A stretch of 64,000 nucleotides of DNA. Source: Callorhinchus milii (lineage: Eukaryota). The position numbers were made by a program, and so were the translations under genes. Numbering within the stretch: position 1 is the first letter of the stretch; the number at the start of each line of letters is the position of its first letter. Positions 46,421 to 59,387 of this stretch are shown piece after piece. Where the stretch lies: the NCBI RefSeq assembly GCF_018977255.1, contig NW_024704745.1:11966001-12030000 (forward strand), in the 5' to 3' direction. The notes below the pieces were generated by a model. The model searched no databases and had not been told where the DNA came from. It saw only the letters and a program-made list of their open reading frames with translations.

Positions 46421-47129
46421 ACAAAAAATACAATTTACACTGAGAGAGCGCATTTCAGTGCTTTACACAGAGTTTTATATATTTATCCTATGCGCAATCT
46501 TTCATTATTTTTTAATATAAAGAAACATTTATCACAATCAATTGTCACTGTGTCAGGTTGCTCTTTCCTCATTTACTGCGCAGATGCCCACTAAAGGAGG
46601 TCCACAATCAGGAACAAGCCCTGATAACCTATCCAAGGATGGAATTTTACAATTAATTGCAATCATCAAAAAATGGTTAAGACAAAGGGGTAAAAGTGTT
46701 GGGTGAAATCTCCACCTTAATTGAAATGCATCATTCAATGGGTAGCAAAGCGGAAGCCAGCTTTATTGATTCAGAGAGAATGTTTGTATAACTTGATGCC
46801 TGGGAGATGGATTAATGTATAGCATCTGCCTAAAAGAGTCAGCGAGATTTGCAACCATTGCGGTTGGAACTAATGGCTGGAGACAAAGCACTATACATCA
46901 TTTATAAATTCTTCTAATTTATATCCGGATTTACAGCAAATGTATATAAATATCCTTCAGTGCTGTCTTTTTTTTTAATTCTATCAAAGTAAAGGAACTT
47001 TTCTACAAAATCAAATAATGGCTTTCTCTGTATATCTGTAACTGATGAAGAGAACCAGAGATTGTTGACTGCGAACTCAATCCAGAGGTTGGTGATTGTG
47101 TACAGTCTTGAGGTAGCAAGAACACAAAT

Positions 47130-47535
47130 CAATCCCTGGGGGCAGGTTCATTCCACTCAGCTCCTGTTAATCCTGCAAGCCAAAGCCGTAATGGATACGG
47201 TGGTCCTAGCTGGACAAGCAGCAGAAAAACTTGCCAGGGTGTGATATCAATGGCAAGCTTTGCAGTTTTAGCCGGTTAGACTCCAAGAGGACCCTAACAC
47301 ACACTCTGGGGTCCCCAAGCCTTGACTCTTGCTAACCTGCACCTAATACTTTCCGGAATTAGATAAGCAGGATGCGTTCCTCCAGGGAGAGAGTGCGCAT
47401 TCCCTTCCAACAATCTATCTCTGGGATTTCCACGTGTAGGTGGGATGCATGGAAATATCAGCTTCGTTTGAATTCTCTTAAGAACGGTGATTCTGCATGT
47501 GCCAGACACCTGACTGTCCCCCAAAAATTGGGGCT
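47130..47535 (-). repeat. Unclassified repeat, copy 4
   Basis: ccactcagctcctgttaatcctgcaagccaaagcc...cacactctggggtccccaagcct...gtaggtgggatgc. Confidence 0.8.
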
Positions 47536-47819
47536 GCACTGTGCACTAATACGAACTGAGAAATAAATATCTGGAGTGGGTCCAGGGACTCGGATTTGTG
47601 ACAAAACAGAATATACTGCTACCATATTAGTTTCTTCTATTAGATTGTGTAACCCCGACAGTGCACTGTCATTGTCGGTCTTTATTGTCACTGAACATTT
47701 GAAAACAATTTAAAATAAGCTTGAAAGCTAATATGTTTAAAATGTTTGTCGCTGCTTATTTTCCGTGCTTCTCTGGGTCCCATCTATAGCACTCAGAGGA
47801 GTTAGCTCATCCATAAGCT

Positions 47820-48530
47820 CTGGATGGGGGTGGGCAGAAATTGACTGAACTACATTGTATCTCGCTGAAATCACTGTGAAATTTCACCTGACATAGTCGC
47901 TGAAACAAATGTTCCCCAGTTAGCGTTGCATTGAGTGAGAGAGAGACAGAGAGGAGAGAGTAAGTGAGGTAGTGAATATGTCTTTCACAAATGTTCTCTC
48001 GCTCTCATTTTTTACCTCTGTCATAAGTTTTNCTTTTTGATTGGACTTACGGTCACCTCCCCCCTCCCTCTCGCTCGCTGTTAGACTCCGCCACTGTGAA
48101 GCGCTCGATGACGCTTTTTTTCTTGTAAATATATATTTATTGATAAATATATTATTTGGTACAACGGAAACCCCAAACAAACACAACGTACAACATTTTC
48201 TATTACATTTTCCTTTTCTCCTGATACAAAACCATTCAGTTGTTTACATTACGTTTCACCACACACAGGTTGTGCACAGGTTTTTTGGGACACACTACAT
48301 CCACGCGCGCCCCCGCACACTCCCTGCTAAGCGCACTTGCCGCTTTCGGAAAGTGCCCCAATGTGTACCGTACATGCACATGTTTACCGTTCATACATTT
48401 TCGGAACGCTCCTTGTTTACATGTCGAGCGTTCTTCTGTACATTTATATGGTTACCCTCACGTTTATTTTAGTCATAGTTTTGGGTGCGCTCGTGGGCTA
48501 CCCAGTGGGTGCCCCCTGAGCGGTTTGTGC
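47820..48530. promoter_or_regulatory. CpG-retaining putative promoter / first-exon region of the CD101/IGSF3-like gene
   Basis: Roughly 25 CpGs by eye in 48050-48530 against a CpG-poor background; GA repeat at 47936-47960; + strand donor GTAAGT at 47960; three TGTTTAC motifs (48241, 48381, 48414); 0.7-1.3 kb upstream of the ATG exon. Confidence 0.55.
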
Positions 48531-49198
48531 AGGAGAGGCTACTGCCATCTGGCCTTTACTGGGCAACTGGCCTTTACCTCGTGTGAAGGGCACTATATAA
48601 ATGCAAACTGTTGTTGCTCCCCTTTTTTCTGCCGCTGTCTCTCTCTTTCACACACACACCCCTCTCTCCTACGTATTTTGTCTCTCATTCATTGTATTTC
48701 ACAAACAGCTATGCTTGCTTCTCTCACAGCCACTCCTCAATTGTGATACATTTATATGAGACTTCAATAATTTTTTTTGAACAGGTGCCAAGTTTACATG
48801 CAGCTGCTGTGAAACCCTGACCCTATTTACATAAAAACTCCCACTTAGGTGAGGAGTACAGCCTGACAATCCATTCACACCCTAAAGGAAGTTTGACTTC
48901 AGTCAAGTTTTAGGCTTCAGTGATTGAGAACGGCTCAGAGTCTTATTCTGCTGAGCCACACTGTGCCTTATGAAAGAGTCCTTGTCCGGGCTTCTGGCAG
49001 ATTTCTCCAAACATCAGGAACGTGATTGAATGGAGCTCTGAACTTAGAAGAGGAAATCTGTTGTCTCTGACCTTGAGTGGGTTAATGTTTCTGACTACTT
49101 CTACTGAAAGACTGTGGTGTGTTAAGTTCACCGCACACTTCCTAGTTTCCTTTTTGTATTAACATTGTGCTTTTCAGAGTTAAGTGCTGCTCAGGCTC

Positions 49199-49283
49199 AT
49201 GGCAGCAATGAAGCGATGCTGGTTCAAAGAGGCACCTTTCAAGCTCTGGACCCTGCTGGCAGTTTCCCTAATCTTTTCGCTGG
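49199..49283 (+). CDS. CD101/IGSF3-like gene, signal-peptide exon (exon begins at 49178 after an acceptor, so a non-coding exon lies upstream)
   Basis: ctcATGg start; reads MAAMKRCWFKEAPFKLWTLLAVSLIFSL with phase-1 donor ctgg|gtgagt. Joins the next exon to give ...FSL-D-LCVA/QRLV, paralleling CD101 LSIG/QREV and IGSF3 VVSA/QRQV. Acceptor ttgtgcttttcag ends at 49177. Confidence 0.8.
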
Positions 49284-50042
49284 GTGAGTATACAAACCTC
49301 TCATTATTCTGTAGCCTGTTTGATTGTGAAATGAGTGCTGGTGTTCCCTGTTGGAAATTTCACACACCCTTCCCTCCTGAGTTGTAAATCGATTCCAGAA
49401 ATTCTGGCTCCAGAGCTGCACCTTTTCAGCCTGCTAAACAGGAGATAATTTTCAGGGGGTTTTGTGAACCTGAATAGTGACTGCAGTGCAACAAAGGGAA
49501 AGCTGTTGCCTTTGGTTCTGGCGACTCCCTCACCGGTAGCTAAAATAAGAGTTAAAACACGTTTACATCATCTTTCTCCAGTTTACAATGCAAAGCCCTG
49601 AAGTTATATGCATCACAAAGCGCTCAGAGGAACTGCCCTGAGGGAAGGGTGCTGTATAAATGCAAGTTGTGGCTGTTGTTCTTGTTGTCAGGAGACGGCG
49701 AATTATGGAGCAATTAAAACAGTCGCTGTCTATGTTCAGAGATTTGTGGGACTGCCTTAAGGCCACTTGCTGTTATTTGTCATCATTGGGACTGGTGAAG
49801 TTCACTCAGTCTGCTCAGTGACATATCCCAGGATTTACTGGGAGTCGCTTGCTAGATATTTCTCCACAAACCAGCATTAAAACCCAGCATCACAAATGCC
49901 AATGGTTTTGTGTGGGCGACACTGCACCTAGCCCAGGGAGCGTTGCAGCTATTGTGTGAATTTCACAACATATTTGAATGAAAGCTGACTGAAAGTAGGA
50001 ACTGTGTGAATAGGTACAGATTCGCGCATAATACCAAAGAGT

Positions 50043-50148
50043 GGAGTCTATAGCTTAATGGTTAGAACACTCAACTCGCAAGTGAGAGGACCCTGATTTG
50101 TCTCGAAGATGTGATAAGGCGCTATATCAAATGCAAGGATTATTATTA
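50043..50148 (+). mobile_element. SINE with body deleted (head fused to tail)
   Basis: gtctatagcttaatggttagaacactc...gagaggaccctgatt joined directly to tgtctcgaagatgtgataaggcgctatatcaaatgcaagga(tta)n. Confidence 0.75.
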
Positions 50149-50699
50149 CAAGTCTGTGGACTCTTAAATAATCTGTTAAATTACATAAGCTTTAAGCATT
50201 GCAGTCTTAACCCTACGGTTATGTTCCTGCCTTGTAATCTATTTTCTCTGTAAACCATTGAGAAATTTCAGTCACTTGAAGCAAGCAGTTTTCTTCACAC
50301 CCTGTAGTGTTCACTGGGAGATTAGCTACAAGGATTAAGAAATTGTCATGGCAAATTTATTTTTTGCTGTGTTTGCACAGGAATGGATTTGAATTTTGCA
50401 AAAGAAATTCCCACTCTTTCAGCACACCTTAAGGTGGAAGTGCAGTTGGGTGCAGACTTTAGGTCAGGAGTGAAGTTGAGATCAAGTTACAGCTGAGTAA
50501 TGGACACTAGAGAAAGATGATAGGCAGCTTTGTGCAATGGAACCTGAGATCCTCATTTGAACAGGAAGATCCTCATTTGAAAGTCGTCATGAGAGGGTTC
50601 ACTTTTTGCAAATCCTCTTCTGAATCACACATCTTAGATCACATTGTTACATTTCATCTACGAGGTTCAGGGTATAAATAAGTAATAAATGATCGTTTA

Positions 50700-50880
50700 A
50701 AATCCATCTAAACAGGCAGATGGAATCTCTATTTAATATCTCATCCATCGGATGGCACCTCCGACAATACAGTGCTTAACCTGCATTACACTGGACTATA
50801 GTCATAGTCCCAAGTTGGGGCTTCAAGCCACATGCTTTTGATCTGGAGGCGAGAGCGCTACCAACTGAGCCACGATGGTA
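50700..50880 (-). mobile_element. Ancient Deu-SINE fragment with tRNA head
   Basis: aacaggcagatgg...tttaatatctcatcc..ggatggcacctccgaca...gaggcgagagcgctaccaactgagcc. Confidence 0.65.
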
Positions 50881-52644
50881 CAACATTGTAAAAATTCTTA
50901 AACTCAGACTTGTGTAAAGAACCACGGAAAACAGCTTCCAAACTAACACACTATTTTATCCAATCTTAAATTTTACGACAAAATGCCCTTACGGGCCAAG
51001 GTTACAAATAATTACTGTCCTCTCTGGTGTTGCTTTACAAGTTTTGCTTGAAATGCATCAAAGTTTTTTTACATCATGGTTGGTATCAATCGTGTCAAAT
51101 GCTGACTTCAGATATAATACTGTTGTCTGATAACCTCAGCCTGGAATGAGCAGCTGCAAAAATTGCGTGGTCCACACCCTCTCTACGTCTAGTCTTCCAG
51201 GGTGAGCATAAAGAAATAACGTCATGATTGATGACATTTCTGCGTGGTGAATTCAAGTTCACACATGCTTACCTGGGAACTAGTTTTTTAAGGTGTGTTC
51301 ACTACAAAATTTGACTTTTAATTCATCATTTCCGCCTTTTGTTGACACACATTGAGACAATTTGAGGAAGAGCTAGAGAATAGCGGCTAGAGTCAGACAG
51401 TGGGGTGAGGAGTGGGTGGAGGGGGGTGGGGGCAGAACCAAGGATTCAGTAGATACAGGATGGGAATTCATCATCTCCCTATAAAAACAACTTGCATTTA
51501 TAGAGTGCCCCTCATGCAGGGTAGTGCCCCAGAGTGCTATAACCTAGCACCCTCCTTCTCCAGTCCCTCTTGTTGAGACCCATCCTCATCCTTTGCCCAT
51601 ACCTGCTCATTGATACCACCTTTAAACTCTCTTGTCCTCTTCTTCATTGAGCACACGCAACACCTTTCATTAAGTTCATTTTGGCCTCCTTCCCCACATC
51701 CCTTTGCACATTGTTGTCTTACTGTTACCACTTCCCCCCTTCCCCTTTCTTTGCTCTCCTTTCTCAGGCCCCACTGTCTCTATTTTCCCATTTCTTCCCC
51801 TCCTCAGGTATAACCCTGCGTCCTTCCTTTCTGAGGTTGAGATTCTCTGCTGCACCTGCTGCACTGTTCCCCAGTCTTAACACAAGGGAACTGTTTCTCG
51901 CTGGTTTGGCCAGGCCCAACCTGCAGCTGAGGCGGAAGAGGCTTAGATGAGTGAGATTGTGCTAATAGATTAACATACAGCAGTGGAATCTGGACTCGTA
52001 ACTCGGAGGAGTAAAGGTCAGAAGTATTTTCATAAAAAAAGGCCACTTTATTACCAGTTGGAACTTGCAAACATCATCTGGTCAGCTGAAAGAAATTGCT
52101 GTCTGGTGACAGCCTATACTTTAACTCCATTTGAAGCGATGAACTCCATGCCATTAACTGAAACCGAGCGCTTTTGCTAAGTATGATACTGTATTATTAA
52201 ATGTGTATATCGGATTAGCAGCATTTGTGCTGTTAAGTATTATATCCACTCTGTAAGACTTAATGGATATAATCTAAATATTATATCCACTAAATATAAT
52301 CTAAATATTTATAAATAATATATAATCTAAATATTATGTCCACTATTTAAGACTAATTAATTAATAATATTAATAATAATTAATAAGAATTATTCTAACC
52401 TTACTTGCATTAGCAACCTGCTGTCTTGTCTTCAACATGTTTTCAACACTTTCTTGTGGTAACATTTTTATTGACATCCAATAACAACTTGCACTTATAC
52501 AGCATCTTTTGTGCAGTTAAACAGGCTGAGCCAGCACCTTGGGACATTCTCCTGATGTGAAAGGCGCTTTACAAATATTATTGGTTGTTGTTGATGAGTG
52601 AGAGCCTAAGCAGAAAACAAGATGGGGAGGGATTTTGGGGGGGG

Positions 52645-53060
52645 AATAATAATCCTAATAATCTATTTGATATAGCACCTTATAACGCCGTTGAGACATC
52701 TCAAAGTGCTTCACAGAATATACTGTAAAGTGAATTGACTATTTGTTTGGGTGGGGGGAAGAGAGATAGGTGGGACGTGACTGAAGACGCAGTCAAAGAG
52801 ATTGAATTTTTCTTTGAGAGTTTGAAAACCTCATCAATTATTTATTTTTACGAAGGGTTTTCAAAACTCTCTCACTCAAAATGATACCACAGGAGGGAAA
52901 GAAAAATGGAGGTTTATTGTAACTTTCTCTGCTGGTTACTTCCTCTGGAAAAATCACCTACAAAATGCAGTCACTGCACTTTGTAGTAAATCCTGTGAAG
53001 CGCTTTTAGATGTCCTCCGTGTGAAAAAGCACCACATCAAAGGCCAGGATTATTATTAAT
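52645..53060. mobile_element. Two SINE tails in inverted orientation (about 52645-52740 minus, 52960-53060 plus)
   Basis: aataataatc...atttgatatagcacc...gcttcacagaatatactg versus ctgtgaagcgcttttagatgtcc...ggattattatta. Confidence 0.7.
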
Positions 53061-53626
53061 CATATTGAATAATATTTAATAATAATTATTCTGACCTTAG
53101 TCCATCCCATTATCTAATTCTGGTTCAATCACAGAAGTTCATCTAAAGGAAACTGAATTGTTTAGTCCCAAACCAGACAGCAGATGGATTTCTGTAGCCT
53201 TGTCTGCAGTTTCAGCCGCAGATTAGAAAAAGAGGAAATCGAGATGTATAGATTCCAGTCTAACAGCAGAAACGTCCATGATTTTGGAGTCCACACATTA
53301 ACCATTCACTAAGCTCGCTGGTACAGCTCTGATATGAATAATGGCCACTTCAGTGAGTTGGCAGAGTCAACCTATACCTACGCAAGCAAATCTAGGAGGA
53401 GTGGTGGTGGGGGGGTGGGTGGGTCAAGTCACCTTTAGAAGAGAAATAGGGAAAGTGGAAATTTGGGTGAGAAATACAAAGTTCAGTTTACAATAATTTT
53501 TCAGAAATTGTCAATCATGGGCGATGAGAGTTAACTGGCCAGAAGCAGATTTTTAAAAATACATCTTTTAAGAGATTAAAAAAAAAGTCTAAATTGAATT
53601 AACCTGTGTTTTATACCTTGATGCAG

Positions 53627-54004
53627 ATCTGTGTGTTGCACAACGGCTCGTGAGTTTACAAAAAAGCCCTCTTGTCCGTGTTGAAGGGCACCATACAACA
53701 ATCCAATGTGACGTGAGTGGGTATCAGGGATCCCTCGAACAGGACTTTGGTTTTTCTATCTTTCGACCAGATAAACCTCAGTTGAAAATCCAGATTATCA
53801 GCACTCATGATTCAGGCTTTTCATACGCTAAGTATGGAACCAGAGTGCGGAACAAGGAGATTTACATAGAGAGACTGGCAAAAGACTCAGTGCTGTTGCA
53901 CATTACAGACCTGAAACCAGATAATCAAGGACTGTATGAGTGTTTCACCCCAAACACAGACGTTGCTTATTGGGGGTCCTACAGTGCTACAACGAATTTG
54001 ACAG
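53627..54004 (+). CDS. CD101/IGSF3-like, Ig-V domain 1 exon
   Basis: Boundaries gatgcag|atctg and acag|gtagg. Reads QRLVSLQKSPLVRVEG...CDVSGYQG...QIISTHDSGFSYA...SVLLHITDL...YECFTPNTD..YWGSYSATTNL. Confidence 0.93.
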
Positions 54005-54320
54005 GTAGGTCTTCCAACCATTTTTACATTTTATATTGTATGCGAGTTCACAGGATCATACTGTAGCATTAGCCTTCATTCTGTATGTTCCCTCACTGTT
54101 TGATTTTGCTTGATTTAAATTTTCCTTATGCTCCCGAATATACAAATGTATTATTAATAATAGATGTACTATGCATAGTGCATATTTTCTCATCATTTGG
54201 TAGCAAAATAATTAGTAATTTGTATTCTTTTAAGCAACAATTAGTTACATTTCTATATAAAAGTCTATAAATAGCCACTGTACACCTTTTAGCCCTTGCT
54301 GAATACATGTGCTCTTATAG

Positions 54321-54728
54321 TCATTCCAGATACGCTCAGTGCAACATCGGTACCCCAGACCCTGAGTAAAGTAGAAGGTGACTCTCTAGAGCTGCTGTGT
54401 GAGGTATCAAAGCAAACCTTACAGCACACGCATGTGGCTGTCTCATGGTACCTACAGAAGGGAGGTCAGAATCTCAAGGTCATCTCTCTAACGCAAGAAC
54501 TCATTCTGGAAGCTGGAGAAGTGTATAAGCGAAGGCAGGCATTGGGAGATGTACGCCTGGACAAGATTGGAGCCACCTCATACAAATTAACCATCGACAA
54601 ACTGCAGACATCAGATGAGGGGGAGTTTTATTGTGAAGCCAGAGAGTGGATCCAAGACCCGGACAATGCCTGGTATGACCTGAACAACAAGGGCACAGAC
54701 AAAACTGTGGTGAACATTAAAAGCATAG
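54321..54728 (+). CDS. CD101/IGSF3-like, Ig-V domain 2 exon (EWI motif intact)
   Basis: Boundaries ctcttatag|tcatt and atag|gtaag. Reads VIPDTLSAT...QHTHVAVSW...VRLDKIG...DEGEFYCEAREWIQDPD. Confidence 0.95.
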
Positions 54729-54907
54729 GTAAGGCTTCTGGCTTCCTAAAATATAGTCAGGATCAGTTTAGCAATTTTTGCCACATGGAGTCTAAGTTGC
54801 TGTATTTCTTCCTGGGATTTAAGGAATCTTATTCAACCTGCAGAAACACCACTTCAGAAGTGGATTGGGACAGAGCAGAGTTCCTGAAGGGATCCCAATT
54901 GGCACAA

Positions 54908-55080
54908 TTCAACTTCCTTATTAATAATAATAATCCTTGCATTTGTTATAGAGATGTCTCAAAGAGCTTCACAGAATATACTGTAAAGTGAATTGGCTGC
55001 ATATTTTGTGGGCGAAATGTGGCAGTCAATTGCACACAGCCGTGTCCCACAAACAGTTGTGGATTGAGTGACCAAATTAT
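54908..55080 (-). mobile_element. SINE 3' half
   Basis: taataataatccttgcatttg...ttcacagaatatactgtaaagtgaattg...gtcccacaaacagttgtggattgagtgaccaaattat. Confidence 0.85.
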
Positions 55081-55136
55081 TATTTATTTGTTTATTTGTT
55101 TGTTTATTTGTTTATTTATTTGTTTGTTTGTTTATT
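55081..55136. repeat. (TTTA/TTTG)n microsatellite grown from a SINE A-rich linker
   Basis: tatttatttgtttatttgtttgtttatttg... adjoining the minus-strand SINE. Confidence 0.9.
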
Positions 55137-55749
55137 AAGGAAACATGTTAAGAAATATTGCAATTTAGACTACACTTGCATAAGGGTACTTACTTGCATC
55201 ATTTGATGGCAGTCACCAACATTTATTGGAATATTAGAATATATATTTTTCTTTACATTCTGGGTGATAACTGTATTTAAATAGGTTTCTCATCTCTTCA
55301 GAAATAGGTCACAATAATTTATCATTCAAATAAAATACATCAAATGATCAAATGACACTATTCTCACTGCTGCTGCAGTAATGGGTACTTATTCCAGAAA
55401 TGATGCAAGTGCTGAATCCCTTTCCTTAAAATAATGAGGGGTATGTGTGTGTCTGATGATTTTTCCATTTGTTTGTCTCTTCACAAAATTAATTAGGCTT
55501 TTTTAACGCCCACATTGATATTAAGATAAATGTTTCATCCACTTTCAATACATTTAATTCCTTACACAAATTGCTTACTTATCATCTCAGTAATAAACCA
55601 ATAAGGTCCTCTTCCGAAACATAGAAACATAGTCAGGAAGATAGAAAAAACAAATCAGGAGGAGGCCATTCAGACCATCGAGCCTACACTAACAATTTGT
55701 TAAATCTTGATAGATTTAAAGCCCCATCCTTTCACAATATTCCTTAATT

Positions 55750-57315
55750 TCACCCACAAAATATACAGTCAATTCACTTTACAGTATATTCTGTGAAGCG
55801 CTTTGAAATGCCTCAATGACGTGATAATGCGCTATATCAAATGCAAGGAGTGTAAATCCATATGGTCTGGTGGGGCCAAGTGGCCTGTTTCTGTGCTGTA
55901 TGTTCTTTGTAATCAGAGATTGGTAAATATGTGGAATAGACTATCCACAAATGATCAATGGGATGTCTCCAAAGATCAGGAATGCACCACAGCTGGAAAA
56001 TGAAAGTTGCAATTTGCAAATGTGAAATAGATGTGCAAGTGCATCTCTGCGATTGTTTTGTTTTCTTTTTGTTCTTTGAAATCTCCTACAGACAAATTCC
56101 GTAGCATTGGTAGCCTTAAGTAATATAAGTATATAGGTCACGTTATTCTGCACTAGAAAGGTTGCCGTTTACCAAGACTGAAATGGTCCTGTAGCTCAGT
56201 GGTTAGAGCACTCGCCTCATAAGCGAGAGACCTGGGCTCTATTCGGGTCAGAGCGAGTTTCCTTACTACACATGACTGATAATAAAGCAAAAAAAATTTG
56301 GTTACTCAATCCACGACTGCTGTGTGCAATTGGCTGCCGTGTTTGCCCACAAATAAACAGTCAATTTACTTTACAGTATATTCTGTGAAGTGCTTTGAGA
56401 CGTCTAGAAGACGTGAAAAGCACTGTATCAAATGCAAGGATTATTTTATTGTTATATTTACATGCCTACTTGTAAGTATTATATGGTTGTTTGTTTAGCT
56501 AGGAAGACATTGGGGAGCAATGGAAAGGGAGAGAGAACTACACAATCACTGGCAGTGGGAATGAAGAGCATTTTCTACTCTGTTTGCTACTTACAAAGAA
56601 TTAGTCTTATTTGTGTTAGTTTATAACACTTACCAAATTTGTCCCTATGCTCTTAGAAATAACTGCAATTTCATTTTAAATTATTATTAAACCTACATTT
56701 TAAAATATAAAACTTCTGCACAGTTATCTATGAACTTTCAATCCTAACAATAATCCTCGCATTTGATATGGCACATTTCACGTCACAAAGACATCTCAAC
56801 TAGCTTCACAGGCTATACTGTAAAGTATTGCGACTATGTATTTTGTCCGAATGCAGTAGACAATTTGTGCACAGCAGCATGCTACAAATAGCCATAAAGT
56901 GAGTGTCCAGTGACATAAAGGTCAAACGTTTGGAGCAGTCGAGCATAGCCTCTGAAGACGGTCAAATTTGCTAATTTTAGTGAGCGGAGGAGTAACTTCT
57001 ATTTCTGGAGATGCATTGAATCCGGTCAAAGACATGTACACAGTTTGATTGTGCTCTTCATTTGAAGTCAAGTGAAACCCAAAGTTTAATTCCTCACAGA
57101 CTCCAAACACAACCAATACACACAGTTATTGTCTGCACCGAGTTATATCCAAATAAAATTGGTCACTGTTTATGGGTCTTACTCTGTGCAAATTGGCTGC
57201 TATATTCGCCTACACAAATACAGTCATTGGACCTTCCAGTAAATCCTGTAAAGTGCTTTTGAGACCTCCTCCCAATGTGAAGGGCCCTACATCAAATGCA
57301 AGCCTTGTTATTATT
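55750..57315. mobile_element. Cluster of SINE copies in intron 3 of gene 2 (55750-55850 +, 56186-56450 + with head, 56745-56900 -, 57160-57315 +)
   Basis: Each carries the tail motif cagtcaatt...tgtgaagcgcttt...tatcaaatgcaag; the 56186 copy starts gtcctgtagctcagtgg. Confidence 0.75.
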
Positions 57316-59006
57316 TGAGGTATTCAATTATAGCCACAACTGTCTCAAAGATTCCTCAGTTTTGTTTTGTTTTGTTGGTGTATTATTTTTATACACTAGC
57401 ATTTATTCCAAAATTACTTTAATTTAGCTGCTCCCAGCTGAAGTGACAGGCATTGGAGCGATTATTGTGAGGAGCACAAATCTGAGTAATAGTGGAGGTG
57501 ACAGGAGATCATAAGTAACAACAATGTGCTAGACAGGATAATTGCAGGGAAAAATGGTCTCAGATGTATAAACTGAGGTTCTTTTGTTCAAGCCTGAAAT
57601 ATTGACCTTTGATCAACGTCAGTATTATGCTAATGTACAGAGTGAATCACTGCTATTAACCTCTCAACAGTCTCTAACTGCTGGTTTACAGTGGAGCTCT
57701 CCAGGTTACACCAAAGGGAACGCGTTACATTTATGCCCCAGGCTGCTCCAGAGCAAATGTGATAAGAGAGAGTGTTTCAAAATTCTTTGGCCAGATGCCA
57801 AGAGTGAGATTGTGACAGTCTTTAAACTTTCATGAGGAGAGATTTCAGGAGTGACTTACAGAGTTGCAATTTTAGATGTCTTCACGACCCCATTTTTGCA
57901 GTGCATTTATCCTGAAGAAAACTGCTTCCTGAAGCAGTTCTTCAATGCTAGATGGTGTTTATCATGTGCACTATTTATGTGGCAGGGCAGGCACTCCCTG
58001 CAGTGGCCATTAGCGCTTTAATTCAACCATGCAATTGGAAGCTTGTGCACAAATAGTGGCTACATATTTAACTGATGACTGCACCTTCCCCTTTGTTTGT
58101 TTGGGGAAGGCCTGTGAAAACAGTTACAAACAACACACCCTTTTTGAGGCGAGTACCGTTGTTCAGCCCACGACTGGTTGAAAGTTATTGCCACCTTGGC
58201 CTCCCCCAACAAGCCCACCTTGCATTTGTGTTGCCATTGGAGGCGCTACCATCAGCCAAAGGCACTCTTTTATTGCTATACACTCACTAGAAGCAGCCAT
58301 CTTGTTCCAAATCCTTTAACATAAGAGTGGAATTGCAGTTAGTGATAAATCAGCAATGTAAATGCAGCGCTAGATTTCTTTCCTGTTGGCTGCTTCCCAA
58401 TGACCCATGAGGGCAAGATTGGTCTGGATCCTGAATTTTTCCATTGCCACTTTCTAATGGGAATGAGAATTTGGATTTGCACGTGAGTAAACCCACATTC
58501 CAGTTTGGGAGGAAAAGGCGCAGGCATGTATGTATATTTGCGTGCCATGAAAACCACTAGGAAATTCAGACATCTTAGAATGCTAGCTGCTAGTTTTTGC
58601 TTCCTTGAAGCAGATAAGAATGTCTCAGAGAGGCATTGGCCATACCTGTGCATAAGTTATGTGCAACTGTACTTCAGAACAGTGATACCAGGGACCAGCT
58701 TTTGCAGTTTGTCCTTAGCATGTGTCAGTGCTATTTGTAAGTAAGCCTCTCATGTTACTCAGCGTAAAGATTTTCATAGACTGGCGTTAGTCCTGGCGCC
58801 TGTTATTGCAGAACACAGCTTCAGAGCATGCCAAGTGAAATTGAAATGATAATGTTCCACCGTGTTAACATTATGGACAAAAAAAAACCCAGTTCCGATT
58901 CTTCTTAAACAGAGTTGGACATAACATCTTTGCTATCAACTTAGCAGCAATATTGTGTAGTAACAATACTGTCAAATAAAAATACTGTGGTTTGATTTCA
59001 CTGTAG

Positions 59007-59387
59007 GTAAGGAGTTCCGTGCTCGGATTGAAGCCACTCCAGCCAGCATCAATGTTGGAGCTTCATTGGAAGTAGTCTGCATTGTCGAAGCTCAGAACAC
59101 TCCCGACCGCCACTTCTCTGTCACCTGGTTCTTAAAAAACAAGGAAATAATTCGCTTGGGACCCAATGCAGTGCCAGTGTTTCATGGTGAATATTTCAAC
59201 AGAGAGAATCTGGGGAAGGTGAAGGTCAATAAGAAAAGCAACTCAGAGTATCTTCTAAAGATCTATCAGGTTCAAATGGAAGATGGTGGCGTATATTACT
59301 GTCAGGTGGAAGAGAGTGAGCAGATATCATCGGGAGCCTTTTCTACCAAGAAATCAGAGGAAGTTACAGTCACCGTCGAGAGACCAC
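59007..59387 (+). CDS. CD101/IGSF3-like, Ig-V domain 3 exon
   Basis: Boundaries ttcactgtag|gtaag and ccac|gtaagt. Reads GKEFRARIE...CIVEAQNTPDRHFSVTWF...LGPNAVPV...DGGVYYCQVEE. Confidence 0.92.

Noticed and set aside
14600-47800. A hidden protein-coding gene (e.g. CD2/CD58- or VTCN1-like) in the intergenic interval
   Set aside because: No ORF or exon-sized frame with Ig or other recognisable motifs was found; the listed ORFs are TE-derived or random. Very short or highly diverged exons cannot be excluded without BLASTX or RNA-seq.
50547-50581. Short tandem duplications (here 15 bp; also about 2463-2489, 15874-15903, 38985-39036, 52266-52340)
   Set aside because: Ordinary replication-slippage products with no shared motif or periodic organisation.
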